Below are positions 1-11,214 of a DNA stretch of 64,000 nt, piece after piece. Both the position numbers and the translations under genes were made by a program. Numbering within the stretch: the stretch's first letter is position 1; every line of letters starts with the position of its first letter. The DNA is from Mytilus californianus (lineage: Eukaryota), in the NCBI RefSeq assembly GCF_021869535.1, contig NW_026262581.1:112778001-112842000 (forward strand), in the 5' to 3' direction. The notes beneath the pieces were generated by a model. It had not been told where the DNA came from, made no database searches, and saw only the letters and a list, made by a program, of their open reading frames with translations.

Positions 1-1566
1 TAATCTTCAAAACATCACTTGAAACTGGCATAACACCAACAGACTGGAAACATGCCAACGTGGCACCAGTATTTAAAAAAGGGGAAAAATACAAGCCAGT
101 AAATTACTGCCCAATATCATTGACATGTATTTCCTGTAAACTTATGGAGCATATCATCACCAAACACATCATCAACCACCTTGAAAAGAACAATATACTG
201 TATGACCTCCAGCATGGCTTCCGTCAGTCACGATCATGTGAAACCCAACTCATTTCATTCCAAGAGCTTGCAGCAAATAACAAAAACAACACACAAACAG
301 ACTTAATTATAATGGACTTTGCCAAAGCATTTGACAAAGTCCCTCATAAAAGACTTCTCTATAAACTGAACTATTATGGTATTCAAAATGAAACACTAAA
401 CTGGGTCTCTGCCTTCTTAAATGAAAGAACACAAACAGTTGTCCTGGATGGAGAGTCATCTGACCTGGCTCCAGTCACCTCAGGTGTCCCTCAAGGCACA
501 GTTCTGGGCCCAGTATTATTCTTGGTATACATCAACGACCTACCAGAATACTTACAATCCAGTAAGCTCAGACTGTTTGCCGATGACAGTATCATCTACA
601 AAACCATCAAATCTCAAAGTAACAGTGATGAACTCCAGTTAGATTTAGATGCAGCTGCTAGGTGGGAACAAGACTGGTTGATGGCTTTCCATCCAGACAA
701 ATGCACAGTCCTTACAGTATCACAAAAGAAAAAACAGTTTAAACATGACTATATCCTTCACAATCACAAACTAGAACTAGTCTCTTCAGTTAAATATCTG
801 GGCATTACACTACAAGCAAACTTAATATGGTCAAAACATACAGACAACATCATAGCTAATGGAAACAAATCTTTGGGCTTCTTAAAAAGAAATTTAAAAA
901 CATCATGTCAGAACATCAAAACCCAGGCATATCTGGCACTAGTTAGTCCTAAGCTTGAATATTCATGTTCAGTATGGGACCCTCACACAGCAGAACAAAC
1001 CTCTAAAATTGAGATGGTCCAAAGACGAGCTGCCAGATATGTCTGTAACAGGTACCATAACATCAGTAGTCCTACAGACATGATAAACTCACTAAACTGG
1101 CCCATGCTACAAGAAAGAAGACTACGCACAAAATTGATAATGTTCTACAAAATAGTACATCAAATCGTAGCAATCCCATCTGCTATTCTCATACCATCAG
1201 ACAGTAGAACCCGCAAAAATCATAGTTTCACTTTCAGACACATTTCTACCAAAAGAGATACATATAAATTTTCATTTTTTCCGTACACCATTACTCAGTG
1301 GAATTTACTACCAGTCCACACAGTCGCTGTAACCTCAGTCGACACTTTCAGAGAACAGCTTACACCAACTGTTCTCCACAAATTCATTTAACTCATTATT
1401 AGCCTATGTACATAGTTTTAATCACAATCTAAAATTCTTACGATGCACTTCAAATTCATTTTCAATTATTTTTGTGTTTTTGTAAATATATATATAGGCC
1501 ATGCAGCGCAAAACAGTATATAATCTTCAGATAATGAAGGACTACTGAAAACCGAAAGAAGAAGAA
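1..1566 (+). mobile_element. Non-LTR retrotransposon (LINE) 3' end with (GAA)n tail
   Basis: RT ORF, about 160 nt of 3'UTR, then GAAAGAAGAAGAA at 1554-1566. Confidence 0.88.
3..1391 (+). CDS. LINE ORF2 reverse transcriptase, CR1/L2-type; 5' part lies outside the window
   Basis: The frame is open from position 3 (IFKTSLETGITPTDWKHANVAP), so the track start at 60 is only a GTG. RT motifs QHGFR, DFAKAFDKV, GVPQGTVLGP, FADD and KYLG are present, with a C-terminal FSFFPYTITQWNLLP. No stop before 1389. Confidence 0.93.
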   Translation: MFKTSLETGITPTDWKHANVAPVFKKGEKYKPVNYCPISLTCISCKLMEHIITKHIINHLEKNNILYDLQHGFRQSRSCETQLISFQELAANNKNNTQTDLIIMDFAKAFDKVPHKRLLYKLNYYGIQNETLNWVSAFLNERTQTVVLDGESSDLAPVTSGVPQGTVLGPVLFLVYINDLPEYLQSSKLRLFADDSIIYKTIKSQSNSDELQLDLDAAARWEQDWLMAFHPDKCTVLTVSQKKKQFKHDYILHNHKLELVSSVKYLGITLQANLIWSKHTDNIIANGNKSLGFLKRNLKTSCQNIKTQAYLALVSPKLEYSCSVWDPHTAEQTSKIEMVQRRAARYVCNRYHNISSPTDMINSLNWPMLQERRLRTKLIMFYKIVHQIVAIPSAILIPSDSRTRKNHSFTFRHISTKRDTYKFSFFPYTITQWNLLPVHTVAVTSVDTFREQLTPTVLHKFI

Positions 1567-1849
1567 CAACCTTTACAATACATAAAACCTTGTGCTGAAT
1601 TATTTAAGTCGAGTGCATCCTTGAAGGTGTACTTCAATTGTCAATATTTGTACTTGTTTTAACTAATATCTTTGTTTTAAAATTTTGTTTTAGGGAAAGC
1701 ATTGCTAGCAATGCATACAGTAATTCCCTTTGTATTAGTAAATAATTGTCAAATGATCTCAAATACATGTATAAGAGTACACGGGGAAAGGCTGTGGATA
1801 TTTATAAAATTTCCATATGATTAGCATTGACACAGCAAAAGGGTACATA

Positions 1850-2185
1850 AACCTTAATGAAGTTTAGCTTTTGTGTGGCTGAAGCTGTAATATTATTGGC
1901 ATGTTTGTTCCATTTAAGTTGGTTTGTATTGATATGCCAAGATGTTTTGTGGATGTTTCTTTTAGCAGTACATGTTGGACTTGTGTTGGGGAAGAGTCTG
2001 GTCAAAGTTTATTGGGTTTTTCTTAGTGATCTAGAAGGACTGAGCTCTTGTCTGTGTGCAACATGAGCCAGTCCTTCTCCCAATTTGGTGCTAACACGAT
2101 AGGACCAAAACTATTCCTTGAGGAACACCAGATTTCCAGATGTCACATTAATTTTGTCTGATTGTACACCATCACTGGGAATCAG
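1850..2185 (-). pseudogene. Decayed, internally deleted LINE RT fragment
   Basis: The minus strand reads DGVQSDKINVTSG..VPQG, jumps to WEKDWLM, then KHLGISIQTNL/KWNKHANNITASATQKLNFIK across frameshifts. These are homologous to the intact ORF at 3-1391. Confidence 0.7.
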
Positions 2186-3769
2186 GCATCAATAATCATA
2201 ATGACTTTTTAATAGTACGTGTGATACATGTGAGGCAATCTTCTATTTATTTGAAGGATTTCAATACCATAATTTAGTTTGGAGAGAATTCTTTCGCGAG
2301 GCACAGTAGTTACATCTGCCTCATATTATTAATCAAAAACATACTTCCATTCAATGTATTGATGCTCATAAAACTAGCCGGTATAATTTATAAGTTATTA
2401 TAAAGTGTGTTTAAAATTAATATAATTTTAAAATGACAATCTACCATCAGATTTGGCGCGTTCTTTCATTACCTCCCTTCCCAAATTTCCGGTTTACTCT
2501 CGGCTCATTTCGTACCAACATTTCGCCACTTACTTTTCTGAAATATATTTGTTTAAAGTGCAAGAATTAGGTTGGTGACATTATCTATTTGGTTACTTTA
2601 TCTGGGATATTAAGTAATTTGTCTACCAAGAATCAAATGTCATAAGCTCACTGATTAAATAATCTGATCAACACTTAGCCCATTAAGCTGTTAATATGTT
2701 TTTCTTCTCAGTCACCCAGTGTGTGTAAAAATTTATCATCAATCAAGTCAATGACATTAAATACTTTGCATACTTTGACTCAGAGATTAAGAATGGGAAT
2801 CCGACAATTGTGTTTTTGTTAATAATTTTTCATTGGATATGTAAGTCACATAACTTCTATTTCCTTTTAATATTTTTTTCATGTGATGGATCATGTTCAA
2901 TCCGGATCCATGAATAAAAAGAAGATAGATGGCATATTTATATCAAATGTTGTAGATCTGGTTGTTGACGAACAACTATGCAAATCTTTTGTTTCACGCT
3001 TTCTTTACAGGAAAGGGGAAATCTTTAAATTGGGAACAATTCCACTAAATATTCCTCCCGGACAAGATACTGACATCAATCATCTTTCTTTTTCGACCCT
3101 TTGAAGCTAATTACTTAATGATGATTTAAATATCACCAAACTAGCTTTATATTTCCGTCTACAAAAAAAAATACATCGGTGACTATTCCAGTATATATAG
3201 CTGCTAATCTCTTGCTGTGTTCGCCGTTACGTGGCCTCAACGTGGTATTCCCTTTTTGTGTTGGTTTAATCATCGGTTTGATTTCTATACAATGCTACAG
3301 TATCCTTAGATTGTGCACGGTTGAGTTATTTGATATTTAAGTCCACTTATAAAATAAACCGGCTGAGACTACTATAGTAGTTTCAGAAAAAAAAAGTTTG
3401 AAAGCAAAAGGCTCTCACCACAATATTTACGAAACTTTAACATGTTCAAATTTAAAATCCTTATAGGAGTATTTATTTCCGTTAAATGCTGATTTTTACA
3501 AATTTTGTTTTTGTTTTGCCTATTATCTATAAGCCTAGTATAGATAGGGACAAACTTTAAACGCAAATTTGTTCAGCTACACAAAATCTACAAATAGTTA
3601 AACACTGCCGAAATTGTCCGTCGACTCCCTATAGGAGTTATTGCCCTTACATGGAGATGTTTTACCCTTTTTGTCTTGGGCAAAAACTATGTATAGAAGA
3701 TACAGAGAAACTGTAAACAGCAAAAAAGATTTGCAAGACAAGATCTACAAATTGGTCAATTTAATTAAA

Positions 3770-4222
3770 ATATAGATCTCCGATTTCGTTATACATCGGG
3801 TATCCCAATCCGAAACGGCGGAGGAATCCAAATCACGAGGAGCAATTAATGAAAAGTTTGTAACGCTATGTAAGTAAAATCTGGATCCGATTCCCATGGA
3901 GGAATTGTGCTCCGTGGGAATCAGCTCCAGATTTTACCTACCCACCGTTACAATTTTCATTAATTGCTCCCTGGGATTCGGATCCCTTTGCGGATTTCGG
4001 ATCGGGATACCCGGTGTGGTTATGCTCATATCGACGAGTTGCTATGTAAGTAAAATCTGGATCCGATTCCCATGGAGGAATTGTGCTCCGTGGGAATCAG
4101 CTCCAGATTTTACCTACCCACCGTTACAATTTTCATTAATTGCTCCCTGGGATTCGGATCCCTTTGCGGATTTCGGATCGGGATACCCGGTGTGGTTATG
4201 CTCATATCGACGAGTTGCTATA
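3770..4222. repeat. Long foldback (about 250 bp hairpin) plus exact 176-bp tandem duplication
   Basis: Nested arms surround loop GAATTGTG (~3901-3908): GATTCCCATGGAG/CTCCGTGGGAATC, GTAAGTAAAATCTGGA/TCCAGATTTTACCTAC, and an outer ~75-bp diverged arm pair. 3865-4040 is repeated identically at 4041-4216. Confidence 0.85.
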
Positions 4223-4892
4223 CATGTATATCTAAATTTTAATCAGTTTTCAAATTAGTCAACAAAGAAGAAATTGTCATTAAATTTCATATAAGATTTA
4301 AATGGCCTTGAATGATGATTTTTACCTTTTTCAAGTAGTGCTGGATTATAGTCTAGTTTACTGTGTGGGAAAGTTGTCGTTGTCATGAGTAGATGCACAT
4401 AGATGCAAGGGAATGGCATTTTCATAAGAACTTGTCCTCACATTTTATTTCGAAATTCTCTAATTTAGCTCTCTTTCTAGTCATCAGTAGAATTCTTACT
4501 ATTATAGTGCTTTTGTGATGTAAAATCTTTACAAAACATGTGAATTTTGCATAATCTCAGGGGCGGATTTATATTTTTTCCTTCAAAATCCTCATCCGTA
4601 CCCGAAGCAGTAGCTTGATAAAAAGTTGCGTGACCTATAGTTTTTATCATATTTCGTAAAATACGATATAACTGCAAATTTTCGAAAAGTATAAACAAAT
4701 CTATAATTGGTGTTAATACTACCTGCCTTATGAATTAAACGCTCATATTATTTTTATCTTCCTAACATTATATTGCTAAGATACCTTCTATCCGCGTTTT
4801 GTATTAGGATAAACTAGGTCTTGCAGACATATGCAGTTTATGGAGTTAAGTTAAGAATAGTCCAGTCCAATCGATGTTCAACAATATTTAGA

Positions 4893-4934
4893 CTCTTTCT
4901 GAAATTTGTGTGTGGCTCTAAAAAGAGCCTTTTT
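4893..4934 (-). terminator. Histone-type 3' processing signal: stem-loop plus histone downstream element
   Basis: Minus strand AAAAA-GGCTCT-TTTT-AGAGCC-ACACA-CAAATTTC-AGAAAGAG. The stem-loop is at 4914-4929 and the HDE-like purine box at 4893-4900. Confidence 0.8.
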
Positions 4935-4969
4935 AATTATCACTGCATGGGACAATAAGTGTGCACTCA

Positions 4970-5248
4970 TCAACATGTATGCTGATAAATGCGATTTTTC
5001 AATTCTTCTGTTTCTTTTGCCTTTCTCAGGGCAAATTCGTAATAAACTTCACGGAGACCATCAGCGACAGCAATCCGAAGTCTTAGCGTGTATCGGAATG
5101 AACGGTTTCCTTCTTGTTTTGCTTTTGTGTATCTCTGATCAAGGTTGGAAAGTCGATGGTTAAGATGAACAATTTGCTGACAGGCTCTGCGAAAGTGGCG
5201 CTCGGTCACTATAAGGAGTTCTTTAACAGCAGTAGCTTCCATGGTCAT
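4970..5248 (-). CDS. Intronless orphan 92-aa protein, predicted helical hairpin
   Basis: ATG in good context (aaccATGaccATGg), TGA at 4970-4972 and helix-like amphipathic composition. A TATA/Inr lies upstream and a histone stem-loop 40 nt after the stop. I cannot assign a family. Confidence 0.7.
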   Translation of the reverse strand: MTMEATAVKELLIVTERHFRRACQQIVHLNHRLSNLDQRYTKAKQEGNRSFRYTLRLRIAVADGLREVYYEFALRKAKETEELKNRIYQHTC

Positions 5249-5290
5249 GGTTACAGTCTTCTACTATGTCGCTTAAGACATAAAATTATA

Positions 5291-5326
5291 GAATGAAATT
5301 GTCACAGAGAAACATTGTGTTTTATA
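5291..5326 (-). promoter_or_regulatory. TATA box and initiator for the 92-aa ORF
   Basis: Minus-strand TATAAAA at 5326-5320 and TCATTC at 5296-5291 (A at 5294). The first T of TATA is 32 nt upstream of the putative +1, and the 5'UTR is about 46 nt. Confidence 0.65.
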
Positions 5327-6107
5327 GTCAATTTTGATAAGAATCATCAAAGAAGAATTATTTTACCTTTGATTATGTTGAAAAATATTTAAGATATGCT
5401 TTTGTTCTTTCTTATTTCAATCCTCAGGAATGTTTGGGTAATTTTTTATCTTTGTAAAAAAAATCCCTATTATAATACTTAGCTACCTGTAAGCACATGG
5501 CTTCATTTTCACACCCTTTGATGTGTTTATACCTTAATTTGTTAATGATATTGGCTTCAATTCGACGCCGTCACAAATTATATTGCAATTGTTATATTGT
5601 AACATTTGAATATTGAGCTAAGAAATAACCCAAGTTCTCAAAAAAGTAAGAATTTAGAATTTTTCAATCAGGATTTAACTATGTTTAAAATTACCATGAT
5701 TACTCACGATCATAATAATAATAAACTTATCACGACAATCAATCCTATAAGATAACTTGCATTATGATCAAATTGATAATTAGAAACATATTTTGCTATC
5801 CAAATATGCTCAATAGCATGGTATAACCAAAATTATTTATTAATTGGTTTAAATTCACAAATTTCCTGTAAAATTATATGAAATTCATTAACTTGGCAGT
5901 TATGTTATGAAAAGTAATAAATGAATTATTTATAAACAGATCATTAAATTATGAATGCATAAAGATTGTCCAAAACCGATATTTTGGCAAGTTTTCAATA
6001 TCTATCCCCAAAAATGTAGAAAAGATCGTCGTAAACAGGCACAAAACCAAAATTCCGTTAAAAGTAAAGCTATGTGTTGTCTTTCGGATAAAAATTAGTT
6101 AATTATG

Positions 6108-6192
6108 CACAGGCACTTGTCTCTAAAAAAAAATGTCCAATATGTCTTAATATAAAACATATAGGAATTTTTTTCAGAGACAAGTGCCTGTG
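6108..6192. mobile_element. ~85-bp hairpin mini-MITE
   Basis: CACAGGCACTTGTCTCT ... AGAGACAAGTGCCTGTG followed by TA. One arm recurs at ~22934-22985. Confidence 0.6.
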
Positions 6193-6525
6193 TAATTATA
6201 GTAAGCGACGTCTTTCGATGCAAAATGTGACCGTGAAAAACATGTAAAAATTGCATAGTTTGTACTAAAATACTTCAACAGCAACGTCATGTAACATGCA
6301 GTGCTGAATAGCATTTCGAATTTATGGAAATATGTAAAATTGTTAACAAATATTTAATGTATGTGATCAGAGACATATGTATATATTTCTCTGATGTGAT
6401 ATATATAGGCTCTATTATTTTCAAATTCCAGTAAGATTTGACAACTTTTAGATTTTGATCCTGCGAGTGAAACAAAGTGGAAATTGGTCCTTCCTCTTTA
6501 TTTCCGAAAAGATAAGTACTATATA

Positions 6526-7507
6526 TGTAAGACTCAAATCGACGTCCGGTCTCTAATCGACGTCCGTTCCTCAAAACGACGTCCAAATCTGACGTCACAA
6601 TAATAGTCAATTTTATGCCCCTCTAATCGACGTCTTTTTTGTTGTTCTCAAATCGACGTCCAATTTTTGGCTTCTCTAATCGACGTCCGTTTTGTGGACT
6701 TATCGCAGTGAAATCACAACTTTATTAAAGGGTGGGTTGAACCTAAAACTTAAAAAGTTGTTGAAAAATATGAGTCCAAACATAATACTTTTCAAAAATT
6801 GTCCGAATGTTATTATTCTTTCTATTGTTTGAGTCTGTGTACTGCCCTCTAGATGCCTTTTGATTATCTTTGTTTTTGGGTTGTTGTCTCATTGTCGTAC
6901 AATGTATACCCACATGTCATTTATTTATATGAAAAAGAAAGGAAAGCGACAACGTAGGTCTAGAATATGAAAGTCTTTCTACAAAATATTAATATGCATG
7001 AACATGTAATAGTAATAGTAATAGTAATAGTAATAGTAATAGTAATAGTAATAGTAATAGTAATAGGATGTTGGTGATTGTCTTATTGTCATTTTCTGAT
7101 GTTTGTCCTTCAAGTTATATTTTGATAACAATACAAGAAAACAGTTATAGTTTCTGTAAGCTATTTCACAAAAAGACAAAACGATACAGATAATATAAAC
7201 AAACTAAGATCAATTTAAAAATAAATGATTCAATGAAATTCGACATCGTTATGAGAGTCTCCTCATCGATCGGACTTAGTTTTTGTGATTTATTACGTCA
7301 CATTGGACGTCAATTACAGGGTTAACACTGATTTGAGAACGTGACGTCAGATTTGGACGTTAAAATATTGGACACTAATTTGAGAACGTGCCGTCAGATT
7401 TGGACGTTAAAATATTGGACACTGATTTGAGAACGTGACGTCAGATTTGGAAGTCGATTTGAGGAACGGACGTAGATTAGAGACCGGACGTCGATCTGAG
7501 TCTAACA
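6526..7507. mobile_element. Non-autonomous DNA transposon with ~75-bp TIRs, TGT..ACA ends and TATA flanks (Ginger-like, inferred)
   Basis: TGTAAGACTCAAATCGACGTCCGGTCTCTAATC... matches the reverse complement of ...GATTAGAGACCGGACGTCGATCTGAGTCTAACA. TATA is present on both sides and there are many subterminal GACGTC motifs. Confidence 0.8.
7006..7066. repeat. (GTAATA)n microsatellite, about 10 copies
   Basis: Read directly; the source of the poly-Tyr pseudo-ORF at 6979-7179. Confidence 0.95.
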
Positions 7508-7763
7508 TATATACCATGGTTCTTACGAGTTAACATATTTAAACAAACGAATCCGAAGGATGAGTTTTTTTAAATATGTTAATGAGTAAGACATATGATG
7601 ATTGTCAGCTTGAACTAATACAAGACACTGATCACGTTACCGATTTACCCAATGAGATGGTTGCTCGCGGAATGCAGTATTGCATTGGACTTACACATGT
7701 TACAATGGTGGTTTGACACACATGCAGATTTGTAACAAGCAGACGCGGATCCAAGATTTTGAA

Positions 7764-9566
7764 AACTAGAAGCTCTCAAGAGCCTGTGTCGCTCACCTGT
7801 ATCTACTGTGGTTTTGGAAATCATGTAAAATACGGTTAAAATCATATAGATACCCTAATAATGATAGAGGCCAAGTTTGGTTTAATTTGGCCCAGTAGTT
7901 AAATTAAAAGCAGAAGATTTTTGAAAATATTTACAAAAATTACCAATAAATCGCAGAAAATAACTTTAAAGGACAATAACTCCAAGAAGATGTCAATTTC
8001 CAATTGGTCATGTTAACTAATTTGTAGATCTTTCTTTGCTTGATATTTTTGCTGTTTACAGTATATATCTCAATCTATAACGATATTCAAGATAATTAAC
8101 AAAAAATAAAAAATTTCCTTTCCTCCGCTCCAAAATTTATTTCACCCAGGGCCTGTATAATGCTGAAAATGCCTTTATTAAAATGTTTTTATGGAACACC
8201 CTTCAAAAAAATTTGGGCAGGTCTGGGGGGGGGGGGGGGGGGTTGGTATTAACCCAATATAAGTATGCTGAAAGAAAAAAAAGAATAATGGTTTAAAGAA
8301 AAAGTAACACTGAATAATTCTGAAAATGGAACATATCAAGGAGAAATTATTAGAACCCCCCCCCCCCCCGAAAAAATTGGAACCACTGGAAATAAAATCA
8401 AGTCATCCCATTGTAGTCTTACAATAGTTACTGAAGACCCCTTATCATTATTTAAATTAGTTTTCAAGTTGTGACCATTTGAAATTGTTTTTTACATTTT
8501 TCCCATAGACTTCTATAGTAAACCCCTATGTTCTATTTTTACCAATGGGGTCATGTTGGTTGTAGGGCAGGGTCATCGGGTACATTTTTCAATCAAGATA
8601 CTCTAATAATTATTGTGGCTAAGTTTAATTCCATTTGGTCAAGTAGATTAAGATGAGAAGATTTTTGTAAAAGATTCAAAAAAATTACGATAAATAGTGA
8701 AAAATTGACTTTAAAGGGCAATAACTGCTTAAGGGGTCAATTGACAATATTGGTCATGTTGACCTGATGAACATTTTAACCCCGTTAGATTTGCTGTAAA
8801 TGAATATAAGAAGTTGTGGCATGAGTGCCAATGAGACAAATCTCCATCCAAGTCACAATTTGTAAAAGTAAATCAAATGCTTTAGTTTTAGAGATATAAG
8901 CCAAAAACTGCATTTTACCTCTATGTTCAATTTTTAGCCATAGCGGCCATCGGATACATTTTTTAAACTAGATACCCTTATAATGATTTAAGCCAAGTAT
9001 GGTTTAACTTGGTCCAGTAATTTCAGAGAAGATTTTTGTAAAAGATTACAAAAATTTACAAAAAATTGTGAAAAATTGACAGTTTTGGTTATGTTGACCT
9101 ATTTGTAGATCTTACTTTGCTGAACATTTTTGCTGTTAACAGTTTATCTCTATCTATTTTAATATTCAAGATATAAACCAAAAACTGAAAAATTTCCTTA
9201 AAATTACCAATTCAGGGCCAGCAACCCAACAACGGGTCGTCTAAAAATTCCAGGGCAGACAGTTCTTGACCTGATATACATTTTTACCCCTGTCAGATTT
9301 GCTCTAAATGCTTTAGTTTCAGAGATATAAGCCAAAAACTGCATTTTACCCCCATGTTCCATTTTTAGCCATGGAGGCCATGTTGGTTGATTGGCGGGGT
9401 CATTTGATACATTTTTAAACTAGATACCCTAAGGATGATTTAGGCCAAGTTTAGTTTTATTTAGCCCAGTAGTTCAGAGGAGAAGATTTTTGTAAAAGTT
9501 AACGGACGACGTATGCCAAGTGATGATGATAAAAGCTCACTTGACCCTTTTGGGTCAGGTGAGCAA
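7764..9566 (-). mobile_element. Helentron/HINE-like element family A
   Basis: 5' palindrome GCTCACCTGACCCAAAAGGGTCAAGTGAGC (minus strand, ~9535-9564) and 3' GGTGAGCGACACAGGCTCTTGAGAGCTTCTAGT. Homologous to 25825-29037. Confidence 0.8.
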
Positions 9567-11214
9567 AAAAAGGGGGGAATAAGGCAACATTAGGAGTGGA
9601 ACATGTAAAAAGTCTTGCATTAACCATATATGTATTTCCATAAAGGGGGGGGGGCTAGGGCCCCTTCCCCTCTCTAAATCCGCATCTGACAAGGATATTA
9701 AATCTTATTTTAATGACGGTAAATTTTGTTATATTGATAATTTTCAAGATATTGTACAAATATTTTTTATTTTACAGGTTGTTCATTTCATTTTACCTTT
9801 TAGCTTTTTGTACAAACTACTTCGTTATTTAGCAGGCCTTTAGTGAGCATAAAATAAAAAAAAAACATGAACATTACAACTATGTTTATGTATTATGAAG
9901 AATAAAAACATTAATCGATGTTTTTCCCTTATTTTTAGGATTTGTTAATGGTTCTCATTGAAATTATATTTATAAAGATTCTTGAGAAACGATAATACTG
10001 ATTACTACCAAACACTTAAGTTTCTTTGTTTAGTTTCCTAAATAGTTGAAAGGCGGATATATTTCAGAAAATGAGGTGGAGCTTCAGCCATAGAATAACA
10101 TCAAAATAAACATGTTGTACCATAGCTAAGCTCCGCCTACTTTCCTTTAAGATTCTAGTTGGGTTCGTGTTTAGTTATCAAAGTATGGTACAACATCAAA
10201 TTGAAGATAATAGACCATGGTTTTCCATCAACACTCTTTTTAAGCAAATTATTTCATTAAAACATCAAAAGAAAAATGCAATTTATATTACATTATTAAA
10301 TTTACTTCCGACAGTATGTTGTTTTGGTTAAAAATGTCCTGCTTAATCATTTTGAATAAAAAATACTCATAATTTGTCAAAATTGCAATTTTAATGGGCA
10401 ACTTTTAAGCATTTATAATTTGATATGTTCAGAAATACGACATAATGTTGTTACAACCGTAAAGTATACACATTTTTTATTGTTTCACTGTAATTTTTGT
10501 AAAGATTTGAACGCTATGACTTAAAAATTTTGTTGACAAAGAGGGGTCGCTATTCAAATGCATCATCAGCTCTCAAGCATTTAAAAAAAGTTTTCAAGTT
10601 TGTACCTTTTCTAAAATTATGCTATTAGCATCACTTTTTTCACAGTGTATTGGTTTAAAATGTAAATTACTGGTTTACATTCTATATGTTGTAATTACCA
10701 CTACCAACTACATGTAGAATTAAAAACGTAAACGGTCCGTGAACATCTTTTTTCAGACCTAAATGTTCCCACACACATGTAAATATACTGACAAGATTCA
10801 AAATAATAGCACTTGTGTAAACATTGTACTCTGAAAACTACCCCAGTATAAAGGAGTTGGGCATAGAGAACGTGGAAAACCGATCAACAAGCATACATCA
10901 ATGATACAAAGTAAGTTTTCGGACAATCATATAACTAATGTTCCATTGAAATTTCAACCAAAGAAGAAGAACCTGACCTTCTTTCAAACCTTGGTATATA
11001 TGGACCTGCACACCTTACAATAATTCTTTAGATTGAGTTTGAATATCCCTTTGGTATTTTTCGCCTCTTTTTTTTTTATAGTTGATCTACGTCTTTACGG
11101 TACTTGTGAAACTGAGCTTATAAGGACCTTATAGATTAAACTAAGCCGACCTAGTACTAATATTACTTGCAAAAAAATAATACCTTTTTCCGGAAAGCCC
11201 AGCTTTCATCATGA

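Noticed and set aside
2883-3104. 73-aa ORF
   Set aside because: No motif, splice or promoter support that I can see.
4914-4929. Stem-loop as a remnant of the family A terminal hairpin
   Set aside because: It has a 4-nt loop and histone-type flanks, with none of the family A flanking sequence.
10074-10138. Short inverted repeat AGGTGGAGCTT/AAGCTCCGCCT
   Set aside because: Single, short and with no second copy; probably an eroded MITE.
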